A DNA stretch of 64,000 bases from the human T2T-CHM13v2.0 reference genome, Homo sapiens. The translations under genes and the position numbers were made by a program. A model generated the notes under the pieces. It did not search any database. It saw only the letters and a list, made by a program, of their open reading frames with translations, and had not been told where the DNA came from. The stretch lies in assembly GCF_009914755.1 (NCBI RefSeq), contig NC_060936.1; one strand, 5' to 3'. Shown here one piece after another: positions 1-13,289 of the stretch; positions within the stretch are counted from its first letter, which is position 1; each line of letters begins with the position of its first letter.

Positions 1-3000
1 TTTACAAAACGTTTCTTGAAAAGTAATCAATGTCAAAACATGTTGAGTTCACTTGGGAAAAAAAAGCACATCATCTACATTGTTAACACAAAGCTTGCGT
101 TTACCTTTCAGGACTAGATATTCACATTTTCTGTGTCGGCCTGTTATGTTTGCAATTATTTCTTCCGATATTTGACAAGAGGTGTCTTTGAAAACTGCTC
201 TTAGTTAATACATGTTAAGTTCAGTGAATAAAACAGCACAGCATACATTATTTATGGGCCATATCTTGCCTTTAGCATTCAGGACTGTATAAAGCATATC
301 TCCCTGGAAGCACTAACTGGGCTGCGAAATTTTTTTTTTAGCTTGTACTAAACGTCTTTTTAAAAAGTGATCAATGTCAAAATATGTTGGATTCAATGAA
401 AGAAAACCACTTCATCTAGGTTTTTGACACAAAGCTTGCATTTATTTATTGCAGCTGCATACTCGCATGTTGTGTGTGAACCTACTCTGCTCAGAATTGT
501 GTTGTCTGAGATTTAACAAGTTGTTTCTTTAGAAACTGCTCTTCCTTAATACATGTTGAATTTAGTGAAAGAAAAGGGCACATCATAAATTATTTGTGTG
601 CCATACATTGCTTTTAGCATTTAGGGCTCTATATGCACATCTTTCTGGAAGCAGTAACTGTGCTCGGAAATATTTTTTCTGGGCTTGTACAAAACGTGTT
701 TTTGAAAAGTGATCAATGTCAAAACATGTTGAATTTAGTGAAAGAAAACAGCACATATTCTTTGTTTTTGCACAAACCTTGAGTTTACTTTTCAGCTCTG
801 GAATGCATATGTTCTGTGTCAGCCTACTGTGGTCAGAATTGTGTTTTCTGAGATTTGACAAGCTGTGTCTTTGAAAACTGCTCTTGGTTAATACATATTG
901 AACTCAGTAAAAAAGCACATCTTACATTATTTGTGCACCATATCTTGCTTTTAACATTTGGGAATATATGCACATATCTTCCTGGAAGCACTAAGAGCAT
1001 TGAAATGTTTTACTTTGAGATTCTACAAAAAATGTTTTTGAAAAGTGATCAATGACAAAACATGTTGAGTTCAGTGAAAAAACCCAGCACATCATCTAGT
1101 TGTCTAACATAAATCTTGTGTTTACCTTTTAGGGCTAGATATTAGCATTTTCTGTGTAAGCCTACTATGGTCACAATAGTGTTTTCTGAGATTTGACAAG
1201 ATGTCTTTTTGAAAACTGGTCTTGGTTAATAAATATTGAATTCACTGAAAGAACAAAGTACATCATACATTATTTGTATGTCATATCTTGCTTTTAGCAT
1301 TTAGTGGTGTGTATGCATATCTTCCTGGAAGTGCTAACTGGGCTCCAAAATGTAATTTTCTGAGCTTGTAGAAAACGTGTTATTTAAAGGTGATAAATTT
1401 CAAAATACCCTGAATTCAGTGAGAGAAAACAACACATCATCTAGGTTTTTGGGATAAAGTTTGCATTTAACTTTTAGGGATAAATACTCTCATGTTCTTT
1501 GTGAGCCTACTGTGCTCAGAATTGTGTTTTCTGAGATTTGCCAAGAAGTGTCTTCAAAAACTGCTCTTAGTTAATACATTTTGAATTCAGTGAAAGAAAA
1601 TAGCACATCATACATTATTGGTGTGCCATATCTTGCTTTTAGCATTTAGGGCTCTATATGCATATCTTCCTGGAAGCACGAACTAGGCTCTGAATGTTGT
1701 TCTCCTCAGCTTGTACAAAACATTTTCTTGAGAAGTGATCAATGTCAAAACATGTTGAGTTTAGTGAAAGAAAACAGCACATCATTTTGTTTTTTAACAA
1801 AACACTTGTGTTTACCTTGTAGGGCTAGATATTGACATTTTTCTGGGTGAGCCCACGATGCTCAGAATTGTGTTTTCTGAGATTTGACAAGATGTGTCTT
1901 TGAAAACTGCTCTTAGTTAATGCATGTTGAATTCAGTGAAAGAAAACAGCACATCATACATTATTTGTGTGCCATATTTAGCATTTAGGATTGTATATGC
2001 ATATCTTTCTGGAAGAACTAACTGGGCTTTAAAATGTTTTTTTGGGGAGCTTGTACAGAACGTGCTTTTGGAAGGTGATCAACGTCAAAACATGGTGAGT
2101 TCAAAGAAAAAAAACACAGCACATCATCTACATTTTTGGCGCAAAGCTTGTATTTACCTTTAAGTGCTAGATACATTTTCTGTGTGGGCCTACTATGCTC
2201 AAAATTGTTTCTTCTGAGATTTGAGAAGAAGGGTCTTTGAAAACTGCTCTCAGTTTATACATGTTTAATTCAGTGAAAAAAGACAGCACTTCATACATTA
2301 TTTGTGTGTCATATATTGCTTTAAGTATTTAGGGTGTCTATGCATATGTTCCTGGAAGCTCTAACTGGGCTCCCAAATGTTATTTTCTGAGTGTGTACAA
2401 AACATATTTTTAAAAAGTGATCAATGTCAAAACATGTTGAATTTAGTGAAAGAAAACTGCGTATCATCTAGGTTTTTGGCACAAAGCTTGCATGTACTTT
2501 TTATGCCTAGATACTTGCATGTTTCGTGTGGGTGAACTGTGCTCATAATTGTGTTTTCTGAGATTTGACAAGTTGTGTCTTTTAAAATTGCTCTTAATTA
2601 ATACGTGTTGAGTTCAGAGAAAGAAAACAGCACATCATACATTATCTGTGTGCCATATATTGCTATTAGCATTTATGACTATATATGCATCTCTTCCTGG
2701 AAGTGCTAACTGGGCTTTAACATTTTTTGTGTGTGTGCTTGTACAAAACATGATTTCGAAATGTGACCAATGCCAAAACATGTATAGTTCAGTGAAAGAA
2801 AACAAAGCATCATCTAGGTTTTTGACACAAAGCTTGCATTTGCCGTTTAGGTCTAGATATTCGCATCTTCTGTGTGGGCCTGTTATGCTCACAATTGAGT
2901 TTTCTGAGATTAAAGAAGATGTGCCTTTCAAAACTGCTCTTAGTTAATACATGTTAAATTCAATAAAAGACAATATTATGAGGTCAAGAGATCGAGACCA

Positions 3001-3563
3001 TCCTGGCCAACATGGTGAAACCATGTTTTGTGCCATATCTTGCTTTTAGCATTTAGGTCTCTATATGTATATCTTCCTGGAAGTGCAAACTGGGCTTCAA
3101 AATGTTTTTTTTTTTTTCTGAGCTTCTACAAAACATGTTTTTTTAAAGTGACCAATGTGAAAACATGTTTATTTCAGTGAAAGGAAACAGCACATCACCT
3201 TGGTTTTGGGCCAAACCTTGTGTTTACTTTTTAGGACTAGATACTTACATTACCTGTGGGTGGTTACTATGCTCACAATTTTTTCTTCTGAGATTTGACA
3301 AGATGTGTCCTTGAAAACTGCTCTTAGTTAATGCATGTTGAATTCAGGGAAAGAAAACAGCACATCATACATTATTTTTGTGCCATATCTTGCTTTAAGT
3401 ATTTAGGGCTGTATGTGCATATCTTCCTGGAAGTGCTAACCGGGCTCTAGAATGTTATTTTTTGACAGTGTACAAAATGTGTTTTTGAAAAGCGTCAATG
3501 TCAAAACATGTTGAATTCAGTGAAAGAAAACAGCACATCATCCAGGTTTTTGGCACAAAGCTT
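1..3563 (-). repeat. Degenerate tandem satellite, ~343-bp unit = dimer of two ~171-bp monomers, related to alpha satellite (~10 units, truncated by window start)
   Basis: AAGTGATCAATGTCAAAACATGTTG-like motif recurs at ~21, 365, 707, 1043, 1388, 1733, 2074, 2416, 2761, 3147, 3490. CATGTTGAATTCAGTGAAAGAAAACAGCACATCAT occurs twice per unit ~172 bp apart. The reverse complement (tcactgaattcaac...agagcagttttcaaagacac...ttgtcaaatct...aatatct) is colinear with alpha consensus TCACAGAGTTGAAC...AGAGCAGTTTTGAAACACTC...TTGTAGAATCT...AATATCT. Confidence 0.85.
2980..3022 (+). mobile_element. 43-bp internal Alu fragment (AluSc-type) embedded in the satellite
   Basis: GAGGTCAAGAGATCGAGACCATCCTGGCCAACATGGTGAAACC; no poly-A and no TSD. 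Confidence 0.9.
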
Positions 3564-3700
3564 AAAATCTCTTGTGTTTATGAAGAAAACTGATGATAAT
3601 TATGTTACATATGCATTTCGTGTCTTATTCCATGATGTGCACTTTGAATCTACTGTGGACCTAGATAGACTTGCCTCATTTTTACATGGGAACAATTGAG

Positions 3701-3938
3701 TTTCTTTCTTTTTTTTGAGACAGAGTCTCAGTCTGTCACCAGGCGGGAGTGCATGGCACGATCTTGGCTCACTGCAACCTCTGCCTCTTGGGTTCAAGCG
3801 ATTCTCCTGCCTCGGCCTCCCGAGTACCTGTGCGCCACCACACCCAGCTAATTTTTGTATTTTTAGTAGAGACGGGGTTTCACCATGTTGGGCAGGATGG
3901 ACTCAATCTCTTGACCTCTTGAGCCACTGTGTGCGGCC
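3701..3938 (-). mobile_element. Alu (AluSc-like) with two internal deletions
   Basis: Poly-T, Alu body, TSD-like ACAATT(G/C)AGTT on both sides. Confidence 0.9.
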
Positions 3939-4106
3939 ACAATTCAGTTGCTTAACACTAGTATCCTTTATAAAAATCTCTGATTCCCAGGGGAATCCAG
4001 AATGGAGTGGTGCATTGGGAAGAGAACATCTTTTATTAACTAAAGTGGTTTTCAATTTAAAGTGTGTTCATTAAAAGCCTTCATAAAGGCAATCATAGCA
4101 CACTGT

Positions 4107-4453
<347 letters not shown>

Positions 4454-4738
4454 TAGAAGTCAATCGTCCATCTATGCCTTTTTTATTGCATTCAAATTTA
4501 TCTTCTGCTTTACATGAGATTTTATGCTCTTAACATTTAATTAGCCACACAATCAGTTGGGTCCATGCAAATGTTTTTCATTTATGAATGCAGTAATAAA
4601 TAAGATAACTCCTAGGAGAAAAATACGCAAGAGTCTGGTAATTAATTGGAAATTCAATAAAGAGGTCTAAGAAACAAAGATTAACCAAAGTCTCAAATAA
4701 TGTATCTATTACAATATGCATTATTAAGCATGCAATAA

Positions 4739-4740
<2 letters not shown>

Positions 4741-4800
<60 letters not shown>
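4741..4800. repeat. Compound (CA)n(GA)n microsatellite
   Basis: Seen directly. Confidence 0.97.
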
Positions 4801-4801
<1 letters not shown>

Positions 4802-5215
4802 AAATATAAGGAAGCTTCCTCAATCTGATAAAGAGTATCCACTAAGATTCTTCTGCTATAATTATGCTTAATTGTGAAAGATTGAATGATTTTGCCGCTA
4901 AGATCTGGAACAAGACAAGGACAGTGGTCTTATTCAATATCATATCATCAACTTAGCCAGTGCAATAAAGTGAGAAACAGAAAAGGAAAGGTATACAGAT
5001 TGGAAAGAAAGAAATAAAACCACCTTTAATTTCAGATGACATGACTAAAAATTCTGTAAAATCAATTTTAAAAGCTATTAGAACAAATAAGTGAGTTTAA
5101 CAAGGTTTTAGAAAACAAGGCCAGTATTTAAAAAATTAGTTGTATGTCTACACACTGGCAATGAACAACTGGAAACTGAAATTTGAAAAACATTACTATT
5201 TACAGTAGCTCAAAA
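4801..5215 (+). mobile_element. Old L1M fragment (ORF2 RT region)
   Basis: Degenerate GGAACAAGACAAGGA...GCCAGTGCAATAA...TTTCAGATGACATGA matching the L1 RT region. Confidence 0.7.
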
Positions 5216-5499
5216 ATATCCCCAGTGCATGGCATAGAGAAGGACAACAGAGAATGCCTAATAAATGTTTATTGACTTACTGACTGAGACCAGAGAGGGT
5301 CATAAGGGCCATGCTGAAGTTCTTGTATATGATGATAACAAATTTAGGCTTTTCTCTGAAAGCAATGGGAAGTCAATAACTGTTTCTAAATTGCCAAGTA
5401 AAATTGTATCACTTGATATGATATTGAACATTGTTCTAAGTACTACAAGCAATGGCAACTGGGATAACTGTGAGAAGGAGTTTCAGAATGATTTCATTT

Positions 5500-5665
5500 A
5501 ACATAGATTACTATGTACTTGACTTTGTTCTAAAATTTTTACAAATGTTAAACTCGTGTACTATTCAGAACAACTCTAGAGGTAAATTCTGTTATCATCT
5601 GCACTTTGAAGAAGAAGAGACTGAGGTTGAGAGAGGATACATTTTGCAGGTCATGCAGCAGGAAG
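5500..5665 (+). mobile_element. MIR fragment
   Basis: MIR core-like GAAGAAGAGACTGAGGTTGAGAGAGG...CAGGTCATGCAGC. Confidence 0.55.
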
Positions 5666-5974
5666 ATATGAGGCTGAAAGGAGGAAGTGGCTGGATAACA
5701 TCAGCAAGACAGCATGGATCCAAATGACCATCTCAGACTTTTCACCAAATTACTAGAGAGAAATCCTGAGGAGTCCGACCACCTGCTTTAAGTGGTTGGA
5801 GGAATGATGACTTTTGTTCAACAGTGTCATGCAAAGGCAGAGAGAAGGGTATCTGGCACATAGTTGGTATACAATTAAAGGAAAAATAAATATATAATTA
5901 CCATAATATCACCATATTTACAGAAGGGACCAATTAACTCTTTTGCTTTATGGCTTCATAGGCACATATTGTAT

Positions 5975-6510
5975 GCATTAAATTCACTAATTTTAAGTGT
6001 TTTGAATTATTCAAACTTTAGTAAATATATATAGTCATAAAATCCTCATGACAATCAGGTTTTAGAGCAAAATACCCAAATTTTCTTTGCAGTCAATCCC
6101 CACCCCAACTCCAACTACAGGCCATCTGTCATTACAGTTTAGGCTTTCCTAGAATTTCATGTGAATGAAATTATGAAGCATGGAGTTTTTTTCTGTCTGG
6201 TGAATTTTACTTAGCATGATGTTGGACATTCATTCATGTTGCTGCAGGTATCAGCAATTCATTCCTTTAACTGCCAAGTAGTATTCCATTACATGTACAT
6301 ATTACATTTTATTTTTCCATTTATAAGTTATTAGAAATTTAGATGATTCCCCCTATTGGGGCATTTTGAGTAACATGGTTATGGATATTCATGGACAAAA
6401 CTTCATGTATAAATATTTCACTTAAGTAGATAACTAGGAGTGGAATTGATGGGTCTTATGTAAGTGTATATTTAACTTTTTAAGTAACAGTCAAACTCTT
6501 TTCAAAACTG
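5975..6510 (-). mobile_element. Old L1M (L1ME/MC-like) 3' fragment
   Basis: Typical antisense L1M 3' sequence (GTAGTATTCCATT, CTAGGAGTGGAATTG). Confidence 0.65.
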
Positions 6511-7316
6511 GATGAGGATGACCTATAATCCTTCAGGCTGAAATGAAGAAACACTGGATAGTAACTTGAAGCCATATGCAGAAATGAAGAATTCAGGTAA
6601 ATGTAACTACATGAGAAAATATGAAGCTAGCATTACTGCATGTTCTAATCTGTAATACTTTCTTTTTTTACTATATGATTGAAAAGATAAATTCATAGAA
6701 CAATAATTATAAGACTATGTTAATGGGCACACAAAGAGGAGTTGCTAACTAGAATAACTAGTTTAGAGAGGAACATAAATAACCTTATGGAAAAACACAG
6801 CACGAGAACTTTGTGAAGAATACACAAGTATCAATAGCCGAATTGATCAAGTGGAAGAAAGGATATCAGAGATTGAAGATCAACTTAATGAAATAAAGCA
6901 TGAAGACAAGATTAGAGAAAAAAGAATGAAAAGGAATGAACAAAGCCTCCAAGAAATATGGGACCATGTGAAAAGACCAAACCTACGTTTGATTGGTGTA
7001 CCTGAAAGTGACAGGGAGAATGGAGCCAAGTTGGAAAACACGCTTCAGGATATTATCCAGGAGACCTTCCCCAACCTAGAAAGACTGGCCAACATTCAAA
7101 TTCGGGAAATACAGAGAACACCACAAAGATAGTCCTCGAGAAGAGCAACCCCAAGACAAATAATTGTCAGATTCACCAAGGTTGAAATGAAGGAAAAAAT
7201 GTTGAGGGCAGCCAGAGAGAAAGGTCGGGTTACCTACAAAGGGAAGCCCAACAACAGATCTCTCTGAACAAACCCTACAAGCCAGGAGAGAGTGGGGGCC
7301 AATATTCAACATTCTT

Positions 7317-7669
7317 TGTTTTTTTCAAATTTATCTTTATTAAAATGTGTACTAGAAGCATATGAGTCACAAAAGGAGCTGCTTAAGTCTGACCAAGGTA
7401 ATGAGCAATTTGACCATTTTGCCATTGATTATTTTTGGAATATTTATATTTGGGGGAGGGATAAAGAACATTCAAATTTAAGTATTATTCACTGGGTTTG
7501 AGAGCTGAGTATAGGTGATGCCTAATTGCCTATGTTACCTTCTACTTTACTTTCAAGAAACCCACAATGACCTGTGATTGTGTTGTTAAAAACTCAGGTT
7601 CCAAATAAAAAAAAGTTCCTTTTCCCCTTTGCACCTTGTCACTTGCAAATCAATGAAAGCCCTATTTGC
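7317..7669 (-). other. Retroposed non-L1 polyadenylated 3'-end fragment (orphan transduction or truncated retrocopy) inside L1 ORF1
   Basis: Flanked by TSD TCA(A/C)CATTCTT (7306-7316, 7670-7680). Minus strand ends AATAAAGATAAATTTGAAAAAAACA. Target site TTT/AAGAA fits the L1 endonuclease consensus. Confidence 0.7.
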
Positions 7670-10298
7670 TCACCATTCTTAAAGAAAAGAATTTTCAACC
7701 CAGAATTTCATATCCAGAGACTAACAGCAGATCTCTCTGCACAAACCCTACAAGCCAGGAGAGAGTGGGGGCCAATATTCAACGTTCTTAAAGAAAAGAA
7801 TTTTCAACCCAGAATTTCATATCCAGCCAAATTAAGCTTCATAAGTGAAGGAGAAATAAAATCCTTTACAGACAAGCAAAAGCTGAGAGGTTTTGTCACC
7901 ACCAGCCCTGCCTTACAGTGCTTCCTGAAGGAAGCACTAAATATGGAAAGGAAAAACTTGTACCAGCCACTGCAAAAACATACCAAATTATAAAGACCAT
8001 CGACACTATGAAGAAACTGCATCAATTAACAGACAAAATAACCAGCTAGCATCATAATGACAGGATCAAATTCACATATAACAATATTAACCTTAAATGT
8101 AAATGGGCTAAATGCCCCAATTAAAAGACACAGACTGGCAAATTGGATAAAGAGTTAAGACCCATCAGTGTGCTGTATTCAGGAGACCCATCTCATGTGC
8201 AAAGACACACATAGGCTCAAAATAAAGGGATGGAGGAATAGTTACCAAGAAAATGGAAAGCAAAAAAAAGACAGGGGTTGCAATCCTAGTCTCTGATAAA
8301 ACAGTCTTTAAACCAACAAAGATCAAAAAAGACAGAGAAGGGCATTACATAATGGCAAAGAGATAAATGCAACAAGAAGAGCTAACTATCCTAAATATAT
8401 ATGCACCCAATACAGGAGCAACGTCATTCATAAAGCAAATTCTTACAGACCTACAAAGAGACTTGGACTCTCACGCAATAATAGTGGGAGACTTTAACAC
8501 CCCGCTGTCAATATTAGATCAATAAGACAAAATTATTAAGGATATTTAGGGATTGAACTCAGCTCTGGAACAAGCAGACCTAATAGACATCTACAGAACT
8601 CTCCACCCCAAATCAACAGAATATACATTCTTCTCAGCACCACATTACACTTATTCTAAAATTGATCACATAATTGGTATTAAAGCACTCCTCAGCAAAT
8701 GCAAAAGAATGGAAATCATAACAAACAGCCTCTCAGACCACAGTGAGATCGAATTAGAACTCAGGATTAAGAAACTCACTCAAAACTGCACAACTACATG
8801 GAAACTGAACAACCTGCTCCTAAATGACTACTGGGTAAATAGCAAAATTAAGGCAGAAATAAATAAGTTATTTGAAACCAATGAGAACAAAGACACATTA
8901 TACCAGAACCTCTGGAACACAGCTAAAGCAGTGTTTACAGGGAAATTTATAGCACTAAATGCCCACAGGAGAAAGCAGGAAGGATATAAAATCAACACCC
9001 TAACATCACAATTAAAAGAACTAGAGAAGCAAGAGCAAACAAATGCAAAAGCTAGCAGAAGACAAGAAATAACTAAGATCAGAGCAGAACTGAAGAAGAG
9101 ACATGAAAAAATCCTTCAAAAAATCAATGAATCCAGGAGCCGGTTTTTGAAAAGATTAACAAAATAGATAGACCACTAGCCAGACTAATAAAGAAGAAAA
9201 GAGAGAAGAATCAAATAGACACAATAAAAAATGAAAAGTGGAGATCACCACTGATCCCACAGAAATACAAACTACAATCAGAGAATAAACACCTCTACGC
9301 AAATAAACTAGAAAATCCAGAAGAAATGGATAAATTCCTGGACACATACACCCTCCCAAGACTAAATCAGGAAGAAGTCAAATCCCTGAATAGACTAATA
9401 ATAAGTTCTGAAATTGAGGCAGTAATTAATAACCTACCAACCAAGAAAGCCCAGGACCAGACAGATTCAAGGCCAAATTCTACTAGAGGTACAAAGAGGA
9501 GCTGGCAACATTTCTTCTGAAACTATTCCAAACAATAGAAAAAGAGGGACTCCTCCCTAACTCATTTTATGAGGCAAACATCATCCTGATACCAAAACCT
9601 GGCAGAGACACAACAAAAAAAGAGAATTTGAGGCCAATATCCCTGATGAACACTAATGTGAAAATACTCAATAAAATACTGGAAAACCAAATGCAGCAGC
9701 ACATCAAAAAGCTTATCCACCATGATCAAGTCGGCTGCATCCCTGGGATTCAAGGCTGGTTCAACATAAGCAAGTCAATAAACATAATCCATCACATAAA
9801 CAGAACCAATGACAAAAACCACATGATTACCTCAATAGATGCAGAAAAGGCCTTCAATAAAATTCAACACCCCATTCATGCTCAAACTCTCAATAAGCTA
9901 GGTATTGATGGAACATAGCTCAAAATAATAAGAGCTAGTTATGACAAACCCATAGACAGTATTATACTGAATGGGCAAAAGCTGGAAACATTCCCTTTGA
10001 AAACCTGCACAAGACAAGGATGCCCTCTCTCACCACTCCTATTCAGCATAGTATTGGAAGTTCTGGCCAGGGCAATCAGGCAAGAGAAAGTAATAAAGGG
10101 TATTCCAATAGGAAGAGAGGAAGTCAAATTGTCTCTGTTTGCAGATCACATGATTCTATATTTAGAAAACCCCACTGTCTCAAGCCAAAATCCCGTCAAG
10201 CTGATCAGCAATTTCAGCAAAGGCTCAGGATACAAAATCAATGTGCAAAAATCACAAGCATTCCTACACACCAATAATAGATAAACAGAGAGCCAAAT

Positions 10299-11499
10299 TG
10301 AGAGGTGACAAAGTGCTAGCAGCCCTCGCTCGCTCTCGGCGCCTGCCGGCGCCTCCTCGGCCTCAGCGTTCCCTGTGGCCGCGCTCGTGGAGCCCTTCAG
10401 CCGGCCTCTGTGCACTCTGCTCCAGGGGAAGTGTGAAGAGAGAGGCGCGGGAGGGAGCCCGGGCTGGGCGCCGCGCTCGAGGGCAGGCGCGGGTTCCAGG
10501 TGAGCGCGGCTCCGCAAGCCCCGCACTCAGGCGTGGCCGGCCTCACCTGCTAGGCTTGATAGGAAGCTGAATTCCCTGCGTAGACCGCCGTTCCCTCTTC
10601 ACGGGATCGTTGGCCAAGATAGCAGGTCTCCGTCTCTTTCTGCTTCCCCTCTTTCCCTCTTGATTGTCTGGGAGGAGCTCCCTCTGGGCTGCTGGAGTGC
10701 CCGGGCTAGGTGTCGCAAAGTCCCGCTGCCCTGCCAATGCCAGTGAGAGATGAAGCCGGCTGGGCTTCTGGGACGGATGGGGACTTGGAGAACTTTTCTG
10801 TCTAGCTAAAAGATTGTAAACGCACCAATCAGCACTGTGTCTAGCTAAAGGTTTGTAAACGCACCAGTCAGCGCTCTGTGTCTAGCTAATCAGGTAGGGG
10901 ACTTGGAGAACTTTTGTGTCTAGCTAAAGGTTTGTAAACGCACCAATCAGCACTCTGTCAAAACGGACCACTCAGCACTCTGTAAAATGGACCGATCAGC
11001 TCTCTGTAAAATGGACCAGTCAGCATTATGTGGGTGGGGCCAAATAAGGGAATAAAGGCAGGCCACCGGGAGCCAGCTGCGGCAACCCGCTCTGGTCTCC
11101 TTCCACGGTGTGGAAGCTTTGTTCTTTCGCTCTTCACAATAAATCTTGCTGCTGCTCACTCTTTGGGTCCGCGTCACCTTTATGAGCTGTAGCACTCCCT
11201 GCAAAGGTCTGCAGCTTCACTTCTGAGGCCAGCGAGACCACAAACCCACCAGAAGGAACGAACAACTCCAGACACGCTGCCTTTAAGAGCTGCAACACTC
11301 ACCGTGAAGGTCTGCAGCTTCATTCCTGAAGTCAGCGAGACCACGAACCCACCAGAAGGAAGAAACTCTGGACACATCTGAACATCTGAAGGAACAAACT
11401 CTGGACACACCATCTTTAAGAACTATAACACTCACCGCGAGGGTCTGTCGCTTCATTCTTGAAATCGGCTAGACCAAGAACCCACCAATTCCAGACACA
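10299..11499 (+). mobile_element. Solo ERV9 LTR (LTR12 family, LTR12B-like) inserted in L1 ORF2
   Basis: Begins TGAGAGGTGAC and ends AATTCCAGACACA; 4-bp TSD AAAT; CCAATCAGC repeats; L1 sequence resumes exactly. Confidence 0.95.
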
Positions 11500-13289
11500 A
11501 AATCATGAGTGAACTCCCATTCACAATTGCTACAAAGAGAATAAAATACCTAGGAATCCAACTTACAAGGGATGTGAAGGACCTCTTTAAGGAGAACTAC
11601 AAACCACTGTTCCACTGGTCAAGGAAATAAGATAGGACACAAACAAATGGAAAAACATTCCATGCTTATGGATAGGAAGAATCAATATTGTGGAAATGGC
11701 CATACTGCCCAATGTAATTTATAGATTCAATGCTATCCCCATCAAGCTACTATTGACTTTCTTCACAGAATTAGAAACAACTACTTTAGATTTCATATGG
11801 AACCAGAAAAGAGCCCGTATAGCCAAGACAATCCTAAGCAAAAAGGACAAAGCTGGAGGCATCATGCTACCTGACTTCAAACTATGCTACAAGGCTACAG
11901 TAACCAAAACAGCATGGTACTGGTACCAAAACAGATATGTAGACCAATGGAACAGAACAGAGGCCTCAGAAATAACGCCACACAACTGCAACCATCTGAT
12001 CTTTGACAAACCTGACAAAAAATAAGCAATGGGGAAAGGATTCCCTATTTAATAAATTGTGTTGGAAAAACTGGCTAGCCATATGCAGAAAACTGAAACC
12101 GGACCCCTTCCTTACACCTCATACAAAAATTAACTCAAGATGGATTAATGGCTTAAACATAAGACCTAAAACCATAAAAACCCTAGAAGAAAACCTAGGC
12201 AATACTATTCAGGACATAGGCATAGGCAAAGACTTCATGACTAAAATACCAAAAGCAATGGCAACAAAAGCCAAAATTGACAATTGGGATCTAATTAAAC
12301 TAAAGAGCTTCTGCATAGTAAAAGAGACTATCATCAGAGTGAACAGGCAACCTACAGAATGGGAGAAAAATTTTGCAATCTATCCATCTGATAAAAGGCT
12401 AATATCCAGAATCTACGAAGAACTTAAAGAAATGTACAAGAAAAAAACAACCCCATCAAAAAGTGGGCAAAGGATATGAACAGACACTTCTCAAAAGAAG
12501 ACATTTATGCAGCCAACAAACATATGAAATAAAGCTCATCATCACTGCTCACTAGAGAAATGCAAATTAAAACCACAACAATGAGATACCATGCCAGTTA
12601 GAATGGCGATCATTAAAAAGTCAAGAAATAACAGATGCTGGAGAGGATGTGGAGAAATATGAATGCTTTTACACTGTCGGTGGGAGCATAAATTCATTCA
12701 ACCATTGTGGAAGACAGTGTGGTGATTCCTCAAGGATCTAGAACCAGAAATACCATTTGACCTAGCAATCCCATTACTGGGTATATGCCCCAAGGATTAT
12801 AAATCATTCTACTATAAAAACACATGCACATGTATTGCAGCACTGTTCACAATAGCAAAGACTTGGAACCAACCCAAATGCCCATCAGTGATAGACTGGA
12901 TAAAGAAAATGTGGCACATATACACCATGGAATACTATGCAGCCATAAAAACGGATGAGTTCATGTCCTTTGCAGGGACATGGATGAAGCTGGAAACCAT
13001 TATTGTTAGCAAACTAACACAGGAACAGAAAACCAAATACCGCATGTTCTCACTCATAAGTGAGAGTTGAACAATGAGAACATATGGACACAGGGAGGGG
13101 AACATCACACACCAGGGCCTGTTGGGGGGTGGGGGCTAGGGTAGGGTTAGCATTAGGAGAAATATCTAATGTAGATGATGGGTTGATGGGTGCAGCAAAC
13201 CACCATGGCACTGTATACCTATGTAACAAACCTGCACATTATGCACGTGTCCCAGAACTTAAAGTAAAATTTTAAAAAATTATATATAC

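Larger units (their letters stand above)
6737..13279 (+). mobile_element. 5'-truncated, inactive L1PA element (L1PA7-like): partial ORF1, disrupted ORF2, 3'UTR; interrupted by LTR12 and a retroposed fragment
   Basis: ORF track gives ORF1p (6851-7132, 7574-7993) and ORF2p EN/RT/C-terminal pieces (8553-9167, 9628-9918, 9997-10284, 11690-12479, 12888-13070). ORF2 ATG at 8057 with many stops and frameshifts. 3'UTR ends CCCAGAACTTAAAGTAAAA. Confidence 0.95.

Noticed and set aside
1-3563. Regularly spaced repeats as a CRISPR array, or short ORFs within them as genes
   Set aside because: Eukaryotic context; the whole unit is repeated with no unique spacers; the ORFs are chance frames in satellite.
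6737-13279. Active L1
   Set aside because: No 5'UTR, truncated ORF1, many stops and frameshifts, and two insertions.
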